This document shows, one piece after another, positions 40,323 to 49,324 of a DNA stretch of 64,000 nt (position 1 is its first letter; each line of letters begins with the position of its first letter). Both the position numbers and the translations under genes were made by a program. The notes below the pieces were generated by a model. It searched no databases and was not told the origin of the DNA. It saw only the letters and a program-made list of their open reading frames with translations. This stretch comes from Thermoleophilaceae bacterium (GTDB taxonomy: Bacteria > Actinomycetota > Thermoleophilia > Solirubrobacterales > Thermoleophilaceae): NCBI GenBank assembly GCA_034664125.1, contig JAXDIG010000023.1, forward strand, positions 4,025 to 68,024, written 5' to 3'.

Positions 40323-41078
40323 ATGCCAGGGCTCGGCGGGCGGATGTCCACCGTCATCAAGGCGAAGATCTCGAAGATGCTCGACCGGGCCGAGGACCCG
40401 GGTGAGACGCTCGACTACGGCTACCAGAAGCAGGTCGAGCTGCTTCAGAACGTCAAGAAGGGCATCGCCGACGTCGTCACGTCGAAGAAGCGCCTTCAGA
40501 TGCAGTCGAGCAAGCTCGAGCAGCAGATCGTCAAGCTCGACACGCAGGCGCGGCAGGCGCTTTCCCAGGGGCGCGAGGACCTGGCCCGGACCGCGCTCGA
40601 GCGCAAGACGCTCGCGCAGACCGAGCTGCAGTCGCTCGACACCCAGGTCAAGGAGCTCGAGGGCCAGCAGGAGGCGCTCACGGCCAACGAGCAGAAGCTG
40701 CGCCAGAAGATCGAGCAGTTCCGCACCAAGAAGGAGGTCATCAAGGCGCAGTACTCGGCCGCCGAGGCCCAGGTGCGGATCTCCGAGGCCGCCAACGGCG
40801 TCGGAGAGGAGATGGCCGACCTCGGCCTGGCGATCCAGCGCGCCGAGGACAAGACCGAGACGATGCGCGCGCGTGCATCGGCTGTCGAGGAGCTCGAGAA
40901 GGCCGGCACCTTCGACGACCTGAGCCAGCTCGGCGCGGGGCAGGACGACATCGACCGGCAGCTCAGCGAGCTGACCAGCGGCGCGCAGGTCGACGACGAG
41001 CTGTCGAAGATGAAGGCCGAGCTCGGCGCGGGCGGCGGCGACGCCCCCGCGCTCGGGCAGGGGGAGGAGAAGGCGTGA
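40323..41078 (+). CDS. pspA: PspA/IM30-family protein
   Basis: A Shine-Dalgarno GAAGGAGG is present. The coiled-coil protein contains KISKMLDRAEDPGETLDYGYQKQVELLQNVKKGIADVVTSKKRLQ. Confidence 0.9.
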   Translation: MPGLGGRMSTVIKAKISKMLDRAEDPGETLDYGYQKQVELLQNVKKGIADVVTSKKRLQMQSSKLEQQIVKLDTQARQALSQGREDLARTALERKTLAQTELQSLDTQVKELEGQQEALTANEQKLRQKIEQFRTKKEVIKAQYSAAEAQVRISEAANGVGEEMADLGLAIQRAEDKTETMRARASAVEELEKAGTFDDLSQLGAGQDDIDRQLSELTSGAQVDDELSKMKAELGAGGGDAPALGQGEEKA

Positions 41079-41353
41079 TCGTCCGGCTTTCCGGCGTAGG
41101 CCAGTTCCGATTGCCCGACGAGGACGCGGACCGGCTGAACGAGCTGGACAACCGCGCCGTCGCTGCCGTGGAGCAGGGCGACGAAACCGGCTTCAAGGAG
41201 CTCTGGTCCCAGATGCTGGAGCTGGTCGCCAGCGACGGCAACGCCCTCGACGACGACGAGCTGGTCGAGTCGGACGTGATCCTCCCGCCGCGCGACATCA
41301 CCTTCCGCGAGGCGCAGGGCGAGTTCACGGGCGACGGGCTGATTCCCGACTGA
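41075..41353 (+). CDS. PspA-associated small acidic protein (PspAA-like)
   Basis: Its GTG overlaps the pspA stop (GTGA). The sequence VRLSGVGQFRLPDEDADRLNELDN matches my recollection of the PspAA family. Confidence 0.7.
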   Translation: MIVRLSGVGQFRLPDEDADRLNELDNRAVAAVEQGDETGFKELWSQMLELVASDGNALDDDELVESDVILPPRDITFREAQGEFTGDGLIPD

Positions 41354-41388
41354 GTTAGGATCGCCCTCACCGCTAGGAGGTGAGGTTG

Positions 41389-41793
41389 ATGGACGCAGAT
41401 CGGCTCAAGAGCATCCCCCTCTTCGCCGGGCTCAACCGCAAGGAGCGGCGGGCCCTTGGCCCGCGTGCCGACGAGGTGGAGCTCGCCCAGGACCGAGAGA
41501 TCGTGCGGCAGGGCGAATGGCCTTACGAGTTCTTCGCGATCGAGGAGGGGACCGCGGAGGTCAGGCGCGGTGACCAGCTTCTCGGCGAGCTCGGCCCGGG
41601 TGACTTCTTCGGAGAGATGGCGCTCGTGGGGGACACGCGCCGCAACGCCACGGTCGTCGCCACCTCACCGGTGAAGGTGATCGTGATGACCGGCCCTGCG
41701 TTCCGCCAGACGGCGCGCGAGCTGCCCGAGGTGGCGGCCAAGATTCGCGCTGCGGTCGAGGAGCGCGGCCGCCACCTCGAGGCTGTCGTCTAG
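41389..41793 (+). CDS. Stand-alone cyclic nucleotide-binding (CAP_ED) domain protein
   Basis: The sequence reads LKSIPLFAGLNRKERRAL...GDFFGEMALVGDTRRNATVVA. A GGAGG sits 8 nt before the ATG at 41389. Confidence 0.85.
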   Translation: MDADRLKSIPLFAGLNRKERRALGPRADEVELAQDREIVRQGEWPYEFFAIEEGTAEVRRGDQLLGELGPGDFFGEMALVGDTRRNATVVATSPVKVIVMTGPAFRQTARELPEVAAKIRAAVEERGRHLEAVV

Positions 41794-41803
41794 CCGGCGC
41801 GCC

Positions 41804-42430
41804 TCAGGGCGCCAGCTGGAACGGCGGGTAGCGGTCGGTCACCAGGATGAACGCGTACGCGGTCACGCGGTTGTGCCAGCGCGCGACGCCGACGATGTAG
41901 TCGAACAGGCCGCGCGGGTAGCGGCCGGTGAACAGGATCGCGAACCAGGCCGCGATCACGACGAAGAACGCGCCGACGTAGAGGACGAACAGCACGATGT
42001 AGTGCGGGATCGCCAGCAGCCACTTGACCAGCGGCAGCCAGCGGTTGAGGTCCTGCTTCGCGTCGGGGTAGGGGAAGTCCAGCTGCACGCCCTGGTGCTC
42101 GTCCGTGGACGGGTAGCGGTCGTCGAGCAGCGCGAAGTAGACGCCCACGCGGTTCATGAAGCGCAGCAGCTCGAGGTTCCAGTCGAACCACCAGCGCGGG
42201 TACTTCTCGCGAAACAGGATCAGCAGCAGCGGCGGGAGCACGAGCAGTCCCGACCCGCCGATGGCGAACGTCTCCGCGGTGTCTCCGCCGCCCCACTGGG
42301 CCGTGAAGCCGGTGAGCGAGCCGAGCACGATCAGGATCGGGATGACCGTGAAGATGCGGAACGCGGTGGTCAGCCGGTTCAGCGGGCGGTCGGGGTAATC
42401 CACCGAAAAGCGAAGCGGGTATTCATCCAT
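41804..42430 (-). CDS. DUF4389-family membrane protein
   Basis: The sequence reads YPLRFSVDYPDRPLNRLTTAFRIFTVIPILIV...RYPRGLFDY...RW..RV.AY....TDRYPPF. Confidence 0.75.
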   Translation of the reverse strand: MDEYPLRFSVDYPDRPLNRLTTAFRIFTVIPILIVLGSLTGFTAQWGGGDTAETFAIGGSGLLVLPPLLLILFREKYPRWWFDWNLELLRFMNRVGVYFALLDDRYPSTDEHQGVQLDFPYPDAKQDLNRWLPLVKWLLAIPHYIVLFVLYVGAFFVVIAAWFAILFTGRYPRGLFDYIVGVARWHNRVTAYAFILVTDRYPPFQLAP

Positions 42431-42434
42431 GCGG

Positions 42435-43481
42435 TCATGCTACGCGCACTTCCCGGCGCCCGAACAGTGCGGCGAAGATGACCAGTCCGACCGCGTTCAG
42501 CGCGGCCTTGTAGTCGAGCTCGATCGTCCCGAACACGTCGTCGGTGCTCGGGCGCTGGTCGGGGATCAGCCCGGTGGCGCCGAAGAGCAGGTCGATGGAG
42601 AGCGCTGCCAGCACCGCCGTCACGAACATCAGCGCGGTGATGCGCAGCGCGAAGGCCGAGCCGTAGTACTTGCGGTAGACGGCCACGATCGGGAGCACGA
42701 TCAGGTCGGCGAAGATGAACGCCATCACCCCGGCGAAGCTGATGCCGCCGGTCCAGAGCACCGCCGCGAGCGGCACGTTGCCGATCGAGCAGACGAAGCT
42801 CAGCACGGCGATCAGCGGCCCGACGAGCGCCCCCCAGATCGTCTGCACGGCGGCGGGGGAGTCCTCCAGGAACAACCCGTTGAAGAAGTCGTCGCCGAGC
42901 AGGGCGATGAAGCCCGCCAGCAGGAAGCCGGTCGCGATCTCCTTCCAGAGCATCCGCCAGTCGCGGCGGAAGTAGTGCGCGACGTCCGACCAGGAGCGAG
43001 TGGCTTGTTGCCGGCGGGGGCTGGCCGCCTGCCGGGCGTGCTCCCGGGCCTGCTGCTCCAGCCGGCGCGACACGAACAGCCTCAGCAGCGCCCACATCAG
43101 CAGGATCATCACCACACCGCCGACGAACTCGGCGAGGGCGAACTGCCAGCCGATCAGCACCCACAGGACCAGACCGAGCTCCCACACCAGGTTCGTCGAC
43201 GCGAACTGGAAGGCGAGGGCGGAGGCCAGGCCGGCGCCCTTCGCGAACAGGCTCCTTGCGATCGCGATCGCCGCGTAGGAGCAGGACGACGACGCCGCGC
43301 CGAGCCCGGTCGCCCTGGCGATCGGCGCCAGCCCCTCGCCCGACATAGCGGATTCGACGCGCTCCCTGGGCACCCACGCCTGGACGACGGCCGAGATGAA
43401 GAAGCCCAGGACAAGCGCCCACCAGACCTGCCAGGCCATCAGGAAGGCGTTCCAGAGGCCGTCGCCGAGCTTCTCGAGCAC
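42435..43481 (-). CDS. Predicted permease (ArsP_1 / DUF318 family)
   Basis: The protein is multi-pass. It contains GLGAASSSCSYAAIAIARSLF and a duplicated half. Confidence 0.75.
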   Translation of the reverse strand: MLEKLGDGLWNAFLMAWQVWWALVLGFFISAVVQAWVPRERVESAMSGEGLAPIARATGLGAASSSCSYAAIAIARSLFAKGAGLASALAFQFASTNLVWELGLVLWVLIGWQFALAEFVGGVVMILLMWALLRLFVSRRLEQQAREHARQAASPRRQQATRSWSDVAHYFRRDWRMLWKEIATGFLLAGFIALLGDDFFNGLFLEDSPAAVQTIWGALVGPLIAVLSFVCSIGNVPLAAVLWTGGISFAGVMAFIFADLIVLPIVAVYRKYYGSAFALRITALMFVTAVLAALSIDLLFGATGLIPDQRPSTDDVFGTIELDYKAALNAVGLVIFAALFGRREVRVA

Positions 43482-43486
43482 CTGCG

Positions 43487-44062
43487 CTACAGCGGGATCT
43501 CCCAGAGCGGGAACCAGCGCGCGATGTCCTCCTCGAAGGGCAGCTCCGCTCCGACCTGGGCCTTCAGGCGCAGCTCGCGCTCGGAGTCGCGCGCCTGTTC
43601 GCCGGGCGCGGGGATGAAGGGGTAGTAGGCGCCGCGCTTGAAGTTGTAGATGAAGTAGAGCGGCCGGCCCTTGTCCTCGAACGGGAAGACGGCGGCGAGC
43701 AGGCGGTCGCCGTAGCCGCTGCCCTGGAGCTGCGTGGAGATGGTGTTGAGGGCGACCACCAGGTCCTCGAAGTCGGGGTCGCGCAGGATCAGCCAGCGGT
43801 AGCCGTACTCGTCGGCGTGGGACTCGACTTCGGTGCCGGTGTCCGCGGCCGTGCCGCGCAGCAGCTCCTCGGTTTCCGCGAGGATCGCGTCGAAGTCAGC
43901 CGTCTCGAGGGGCTGGAAGACGATCCCCGCCGAGCCCTTGTGCTTCAGGCCGAGCCCGGTGTCGAGCGTGACCTGGGCCGTGGTCATTGCGAACAGCCGG
44001 TCGGGCGCGGCGCCCTTGACCCGCTTGCCCTTACCTCCCAGCAGCGCGTCGAGAAAACCCAC
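43487..44062 (-). CDS. Conserved hypothetical protein downstream of htpX (possibly the PspAB-type PspA-associated family)
   Basis: The GTG at 44062 lies 5 nt after the htpX stop. The protein begins VGFLDALLGGKGKR and contains YGYRWLILRD and PLYFIYNFKRGAYYPF. The family name is from memory only. Confidence 0.6.
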   Translation of the reverse strand: MGFLDALLGGKGKRVKGAAPDRLFAMTTAQVTLDTGLGLKHKGSAGIVFQPLETADFDAILAETEELLRGTAADTGTEVESHADEYGYRWLILRDPDFEDLVVALNTISTQLQGSGYGDRLLAAVFPFEDKGRPLYFIYNFKRGAYYPFIPAPGEQARDSERELRLKAQVGAELPFEEDIARWFPLWEIPL

Positions 44063-44067
44063 GCGGT

Positions 44068-44967
44068 CTAGGCGGCGGCCTGGAGCTGGCTCTCGAGCTG
44101 CTGCAGGCGCTCGATGCGCTTCTCCATCGGGGGGTGCGTGGAGAAGAGCGTCTGCACCGCGCCGCGCACGCTGGTCGGCACGATGAAGAACGCGTTCAGG
44201 CGCTCGGCCTGGCGCAGGTCCTGCGTCGGCACCCGCTGCATGGCGCCGGAGATCTTGACCAGCGCCGAGGCCAGCGCGCTCGGGCGGCCGGTGACGATCG
44301 CCGCCCCGCGGTCGGCCGAGAACTCGCGGTAGCGCGACAGCGCGAGCATCAGGAAGAAGGAGACGATGTAGACGACGAACGAAACCAGCAGCACGACGAG
44401 GATGCTCGGGTTGTCGTCGTCGTCCCCGCCACCGAAGAAGAAGCCGAACTGCAGGATCATCGCGGCGATCGAGGCGAAGAAGCTCGCGATCGTCATGATC
44501 AGCACGTCGCGGTTCTTCACGTGGGACAGCTCGTGGGCCATCACGCCCTCGAGCTCGGTCGGGGAGAGCACCGACATGATCCCGGTGGTCGCGCACACGG
44601 TCGCGCTCTTCTGCGAGCGGCCGGTCGCGAAGGCGTTGGGCACGTGCGTGTCGGCCACGGCGATGCGCGGCTTGGGCAGGTCGGCCTGGATGCAGAGCCG
44701 CTCGATCATCGCGTGCAGCCCCGGGGCCTCCTGAGGCGAAACCTCCTTGGCGCCCATCGCGGACAGCGCCAGCTTGTCCGAGAAGAAGAGCTGGCCAAAG
44801 CTGAGCGCGGCGATGATCACGACCATCAGCACCAGGCCGGTCCCGGCCGCCAGCAGGGCAACGATCAGCGCCACGTACAGCAGCCCGAGCAGGAACATGG
44901 TCAGCAGCATCCGGAACTGAAGACCCGGGTCTCTCGGGAAGATCGCTCGCTGCTGTCGCGCTGCCAT
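44068..44967 (-). CDS. htpX: Zinc metalloprotease HtpX (M48)
   Basis: The sequence contains PNAFATG and the HExxH motif in GVMAHELSHVKNRD, and ends STHPPMEKRIERL. The ATG at 44967 is used. Confidence 0.92.
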   Translation of the reverse strand: MAARQQRAIFPRDPGLQFRMLLTMFLLGLLYVALIVALLAAGTGLVLMVVIIAALSFGQLFFSDKLALSAMGAKEVSPQEAPGLHAMIERLCIQADLPKPRIAVADTHVPNAFATGRSQKSATVCATTGIMSVLSPTELEGVMAHELSHVKNRDVLIMTIASFFASIAAMILQFGFFFGGGDDDDNPSILVVLLVSFVVYIVSFFLMLALSRYREFSADRGAAIVTGRPSALASALVKISGAMQRVPTQDLRQAERLNAFFIVPTSVRGAVQTLFSTHPPMEKRIERLQQLESQLQAAA

Positions 44968-45062
44968 GCCGGGGAGTTTAGTGAGCGCCGCATTGCATAC
45001 CGGCTTGCAGAGGGGGGAAAAGCGGCGCTTGGCCCGACGGGCTCGTGCTAGAGTGCCCGCGT

Positions 45063-45200
45063 CCCGAGCGCTGAATTTCCCTGCATAGAAGCGGGAAACC
45101 GGGGGACCCGGGGGTCCAATCGGGCCGGGGGCGAATGGCCGCCTTGAGCGTGGCCTAGCGGCAACCGCCGCGAGCCCGTCAGCTAACCCCGTAAGCGCAA
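45063..45200 (+). promoter_or_regulatory. ydaO/yuaA-type cyclic-di-AMP riboswitch
   Basis: The blocks CGCUGAAUU, GGGGGACCC, GGGGCGAAUG and CCCGUCAGCUAACCCCGUAAGCGC are colinear with the B. subtilis ydaO leader as I recall it (CGCUUAAUC, GGGGGACCCA, GGGGUGAAUC, CCCGUCAGCUAACCUCGUAAGCGU). A TAGAGT -10-like hexamer lies at 45049-45054. Confidence 0.85.
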
Positions 45201-45218
45201 CAGCGGGACACGACGACC

Positions 45219-46382
45219 ATGAAGAAGAGCTTCTGGCTCCCAATCGCCCTGGGCCTATGCGCCTATCTCGTGCTCCCGTTGCCGGGGCTCTCAGCGCCCC
45301 TGTCCAGCAAGATCGAGAAGAAGCGCGACCAGATCGCCGACGCCAAGCAGAAGGAAGGCGTGCTGAGCACGACGATCGAGGGCTTCTCCACGCGCATCGA
45401 CAGCATCCAGGGGCAGATCCAGGCAACGCAGGACCGGCTCGACCGCGCTCAGTCGAGCCTCGACCGCCAGAAGGACGAGCTGCTCCAGGTGCGCGATCGC
45501 CTCGAGGTGGCCCGCGACCGGCTCGGGCGCCTGCGCAGCGAGCTCGCCACCGCGCGTCGCCTGCTGGCGGCCCGGCTCGTCGAGATCTACAAGTCCGACA
45601 CGCCGGATGCCTTGACCGTGGTGCTGGAGGCCGATGGCTTCGGCGACCTGCTGGAGCGCGCCGAGTTCATGCGGCGCATCTCCGACCAGGACCGCGAGAT
45701 CACCGACCGCGTGCGCGGCCTGCGCGACCAGGCGCAGAACCAGGCAGTCGAGCTGGCCAAGCTGGAGGAGCGCGAGCAGCTCGCGGCTGAGCGGATCCTG
45801 CGCGAGCGCGACCAGATCGCCTCCGCGCAGAACCAGCTGGTGTCCTCGCGCGACCAGCTGGCCTCCGCCCGGGCCGACCGGCGCGGCGCGCTCGCGAGCG
45901 TGCGGGAGCAGCGCGGTGTCCTCGAGGATGACCTGGCTTCGCTCGAAGCCGAGCAGACACGTATCGCGTCCACACTCGCGGGCGCGCCAGCCCCCGGCCC
46001 GGTCCAGCAAGGCTCAGGCCAGCTGATCTGGCCCGTGAGCGGCCCGGTGACCGGAGTGTTCGGCGAGGTCCGCCCGGGCCACCTGCACTCCGGTATCGAC
46101 ATCGCGGTACCCGAGGGGACGCCCATCCGCGCGGCCGACTCGGGCCGGGTGGCCCTCGCCGCGTATACCGGCGGCTACGGCAACTACACCTGCGTGCAGC
46201 ACACCGCCAGCATGTCCACGTGCTACGGGCACCAATCCAGCTTCGCTGTGTCCAGCGGCGCTTCCGTCACCCAGGGCCAGGTGATCGGATACAGCGGCAA
46301 CACGGGCAACTCCACGGGCCCGCACCTGCACTTCGAGGTGCGCATCAACGGAACGCCCGTCGACCCGATGGGCTACTTGTAA
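45219..46382 (+). CDS. Secreted M23-family metallopeptidase with N-terminal coiled coil
   Basis: A signal peptide and long coiled coil are followed by HSGIDIAVPEGTPIRAA, YGNY and NTGNSTGPHLHFEV. Confidence 0.92.
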   Translation: MKKSFWLPIALGLCAYLVLPLPGLSAPLSSKIEKKRDQIADAKQKEGVLSTTIEGFSTRIDSIQGQIQATQDRLDRAQSSLDRQKDELLQVRDRLEVARDRLGRLRSELATARRLLAARLVEIYKSDTPDALTVVLEADGFGDLLERAEFMRRISDQDREITDRVRGLRDQAQNQAVELAKLEEREQLAAERILRERDQIASAQNQLVSSRDQLASARADRRGALASVREQRGVLEDDLASLEAEQTRIASTLAGAPAPGPVQQGSGQLIWPVSGPVTGVFGEVRPGHLHSGIDIAVPEGTPIRAADSGRVALAAYTGGYGNYTCVQHTASMSTCYGHQSSFAVSSGASVTQGQVIGYSGNTGNSTGPHLHFEVRINGTPVDPMGYL

Positions 46383-46386
46383 CCGG

Positions 46387-47550
46387 GTGAAACGCGCCCT
46401 CACCGCGGTTGCGGTGATCCTCGCCGTGGGCACCGCGGCGGGCCTTGCGATCCTCTGGCCGGGCAAGACGGAGACGCGGCTCCAGGGTGGCCTGGCGGTC
46501 GACACGATCAAGGCCGAGGTGGTGGACGTCAACGAGAGCACCTGTCCCGGCCTCGGCAACCAGCGCTGCCAGCTCGTGACCGCGCGCCTCACCAGCGGTC
46601 GCTCCGCCGGCAAGCGCGTCCAGCTGGAGCTGAGCGCCATCCAGGGGTTCGACCCGCACCTGGACCCGGGCGACCACATCCGCGTGACCAAGGCGGTGGA
46701 GCCGCCACCGGGCCAGGCCGCAGTGGCCGGGCCGGGCTACTCGTTCTACGACTTCGAGCGTGGCAGGCCGCTGGTGGTGCTGACGATCGCGTTCGCCGCG
46801 ATCGTCCTGCTGTTCGCCCGCCTCCGCGGGGCGCTCTCGCTGCTCGGGCTCGCATTGAGCCTGGTGTTGGTGCTGCTGTTCGTGGTGCCGGCGATCCTGG
46901 ACGGCAAGCCGCCGCTGGCCGTCGCGATAGTGGGCTCCCTGGCGGTGGCGCTGATCACGATCCCGCTGGCGCATGGCGGCGGCCCGAAAACGCTCGCCGC
47001 GGTGCTCGGCACGGCCGCGAGCCTGCTGCTGACGGCGCTGCTCGCGCTGACCTTCACCAAGGCCGCGCACCTGACGGGATTCTCGAGCGAGGAGGCGGTC
47101 TTCCTCCAGATGGCCGGTGCCAACCTGTCGCTGGAGGGGCTGCTGTTGGCCGGCATGGTGATCGCGGCGCTCGGCGTGCTCGACGACGTGACCGTCAGCC
47201 AGGCCTCGACCGTGCTCGCGCTGCGGTCCGCCAACCCGACCTTGCGCTTCAGGCAGCTGTTCGCGGTCGCCCAGCGTGTCGGCCGCGACCACGTCAGCGC
47301 GACGGTGAACACGCTCGTGCTGGCCTACGTGGGCGCGTCCCTGCCGGTGCTGCTCATCTTCAGCTCCTCCAACCTCGGCATCGGAGAGGCACTGTCGACC
47401 GAGGTCGTGGCGACGCAGGTGGTGGGCACGCTCGTCGGGTCGATCGGGCTGATCGCCGCGGTCCCGCTGACCACGGCGCTGGGGGCGCTGCTCGCCCTCG
47501 GCGAGGAACCGGAGGCGCTAGCCGGGCTCGACCACGGTCACAGCCACTAG
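46387..47550 (+). CDS. YibE/F-family membrane protein
   Basis: The N-terminus has a transmembrane segment and a soluble domain, followed by a polytopic region with LDDVTVSQAS.V and RDHV...NTLVLAYVGASLP. Confidence 0.75.
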   Translation: MKRALTAVAVILAVGTAAGLAILWPGKTETRLQGGLAVDTIKAEVVDVNESTCPGLGNQRCQLVTARLTSGRSAGKRVQLELSAIQGFDPHLDPGDHIRVTKAVEPPPGQAAVAGPGYSFYDFERGRPLVVLTIAFAAIVLLFARLRGALSLLGLALSLVLVLLFVVPAILDGKPPLAVAIVGSLAVALITIPLAHGGGPKTLAAVLGTAASLLLTALLALTFTKAAHLTGFSSEEAVFLQMAGANLSLEGLLLAGMVIAALGVLDDVTVSQASTVLALRSANPTLRFRQLFAVAQRVGRDHVSATVNTLVLAYVGASLPVLLIFSSSNLGIGEALSTEVVATQVVGTLVGSIGLIAAVPLTTALGALLALGEEPEALAGLDHGHSH

Positions 47551-49259
47551 GGCTTGAAGCGCCCGAGGCGCTTGACGCCGCAGTTGCCGTTGCCGTCGCA
47601 CGCCGTGGCCACGAACACGTTTGCCTTCGCGCCGCGCAGGCGGACCGCTTTGCGGAACGCGCGCCGGCGAGCGCTCACCAGCACCTTGAAGTCCTTGCCG
47701 CCGTCGCGCGACACGAGCAGCCCGTAGGTCACGTGGCCGGCCAGCTCGCGACCGGGCTCGCTGCGGTCCTTGACCTTCTGCACACGTACGGTCACCCGGG
47801 CGTCGCCGCGCCGCGCCTGGCCTTTCACCCGCGGCGAGGTCACGTCATAGGCGCGTGCCAGGTCGGTGGCCGCCTTACCGTCGACGATGCCCGCGCCGGT
47901 GAACTCGTTCCAGCCTGTGCCGACCGTCTGGCGCGCCGACCGGATCAGCACCTCGGCGACCTGCTCGGACGCCAGCCGCGGCTCGACCTGCCAGGTCAGC
48001 GCCGCGATGCCCGAGACGATCGGTGCCGCGAAGCTGGTCCCCTGGCCGTACGCGTAGCGCGCCTCGGGCTGAAGGACGACTCGCGACGGGCAGGTGCCGG
48101 GCGGGACCACGTCCCACTCCGTGCCGGTGAACGCGGGCAGCGTGGAGAGCACGCCCGCCGTGCAGTCGTCGCTGGCGCCCGGCGCGGCGATGCTGACGAA
48201 CCGGTTGTGCGTGGAGAAGTCGGCCGGGTGGCCGTCGGGCTTGGTGGCGGCCACGGACAGGCCGATCCCGGGCGTGCCCCGGTCGCCACCGAGCACGGCG
48301 GCCGGGAACTGGAGCTGGTTGCCGGACGAGCCCGTGTTGCCGGACGCCGCCACCGGGAGCACGTCGTTCAGGAACGCCAGGGCCAGTGCGCGCGCCAGCG
48401 TGGGCGTGTCGGAGCTCTGGCCGCCGGCCAGGCTCAGATTGAGGACGTCAGCGCCGTGCCGGATGGCGAAGTCGATGCCGCGCAGCAGCTCGCGCGTCGT
48501 GAAGTCCCCGTCGCGCGAGCCGCGGATGGCGAATACCTTGGTGTTGCCTGCCACGCCCTTGCCGCCGACGCCGTTGCCGTCCACCGCCGCGATCAAGCCG
48601 GTCACGAAGGTGCCGTGGCCGACGGTGTCGGTCACGTCGCGGCCCCCTGTGAACGTGTCGAACGGGACCACGGTGCGGCCGGCGAACTCGGGGTGCGTCA
48701 GGTCGAGGCCGGTGTCGATGACCGCGATCGAGCGCCTCGATCCGCCGCCCGCCGCGACCAGGGAGTCACCGGCCCTGACGTCGTCGTAGAACCACGTGTA
48801 CTTGATGCTCGTGATCGGGTCCACCGTGTCGAGCGGGTCCGCGGCGAGGCGCAGCTTCGCGTCGCGCTCCACGTACGCCACGCGCGCGTCGCCGCCCAGC
48901 GCCCGCACGAGCGCCGCGCCGTCGGGCGCCGTCGCGGCCAGCACGCCGATCGGCGCGAAGGCCTCGGGCCGAGCGCCGAGCCGCGTCAGCAGGCGGGCGA
49001 CGCCGGGCAGGTCACTGTGCTCGCGCACGCCCACGAGCACCCGCACCGGGCCTCCGGCGGCGGCGATGCGGGCGAGCTCGCCGGCCGAGGCGGCCGAGGC
49101 GGTGGCGCGGCGCTCGTACGGCAGCGGCAGCGGCGCCACCACACCGGACGCGCGCACGGCCTTCGCCTCCAGGAGTCCCCCGGAGGCGTGCGCGGGCGCG
49201 GCAAGCAGCGGCGCCGCGCAGAGCAAGGTCGCGAGCACGGCTCTCCGCATCCGCGTCAT
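47547..49259 (-). CDS. Secreted S8-family (subtilisin-like) serine peptidase
   Basis: A signal peptide is present. The catalytic triad contexts are AVIDTGLD, GHGTFVTGLIAA and GTSFAAPIVSGIAAL. Confidence 0.92.
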   Translation of the reverse strand: MTRMRRAVLATLLCAAPLLAAPAHASGGLLEAKAVRASGVVAPLPLPYERRATASAASAGELARIAAAGGPVRVLVGVREHSDLPGVARLLTRLGARPEAFAPIGVLAATAPDGAALVRALGGDARVAYVERDAKLRLAADPLDTVDPITSIKYTWFYDDVRAGDSLVAAGGGSRRSIAVIDTGLDLTHPEFAGRTVVPFDTFTGGRDVTDTVGHGTFVTGLIAAVDGNGVGGKGVAGNTKVFAIRGSRDGDFTTRELLRGIDFAIRHGADVLNLSLAGGQSSDTPTLARALALAFLNDVLPVAASGNTGSSGNQLQFPAAVLGGDRGTPGIGLSVAATKPDGHPADFSTHNRFVSIAAPGASDDCTAGVLSTLPAFTGTEWDVVPPGTCPSRVVLQPEARYAYGQGTSFAAPIVSGIAALTWQVEPRLASEQVAEVLIRSARQTVGTGWNEFTGAGIVDGKAATDLARAYDVTSPRVKGQARRGDARVTVRVQKVKDRSEPGRELAGHVTYGLLVSRDGGKDFKVLVSARRRAFRKAVRLRGAKANVFVATACDGNGNCGVKRLGRFKP

Positions 49260-49324
49260 CGTAGGCGCTCTGCCGGCGCGGCATAAGGGGTGGGCGTCGA
49301 ATACTTGGCTAGCCTGCGCCGGGA

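Noticed and set aside
45005-45054. A TTGCAG/TTGGCC ... TAGAGT promoter for the riboswitch transcript.
   Set aside because: The -10-like TAGAGT is plausible, but the spacers to either -35 candidate (38 nt and 14 nt) are wrong. Only the -10 hexamer is mentioned, as weak evidence.
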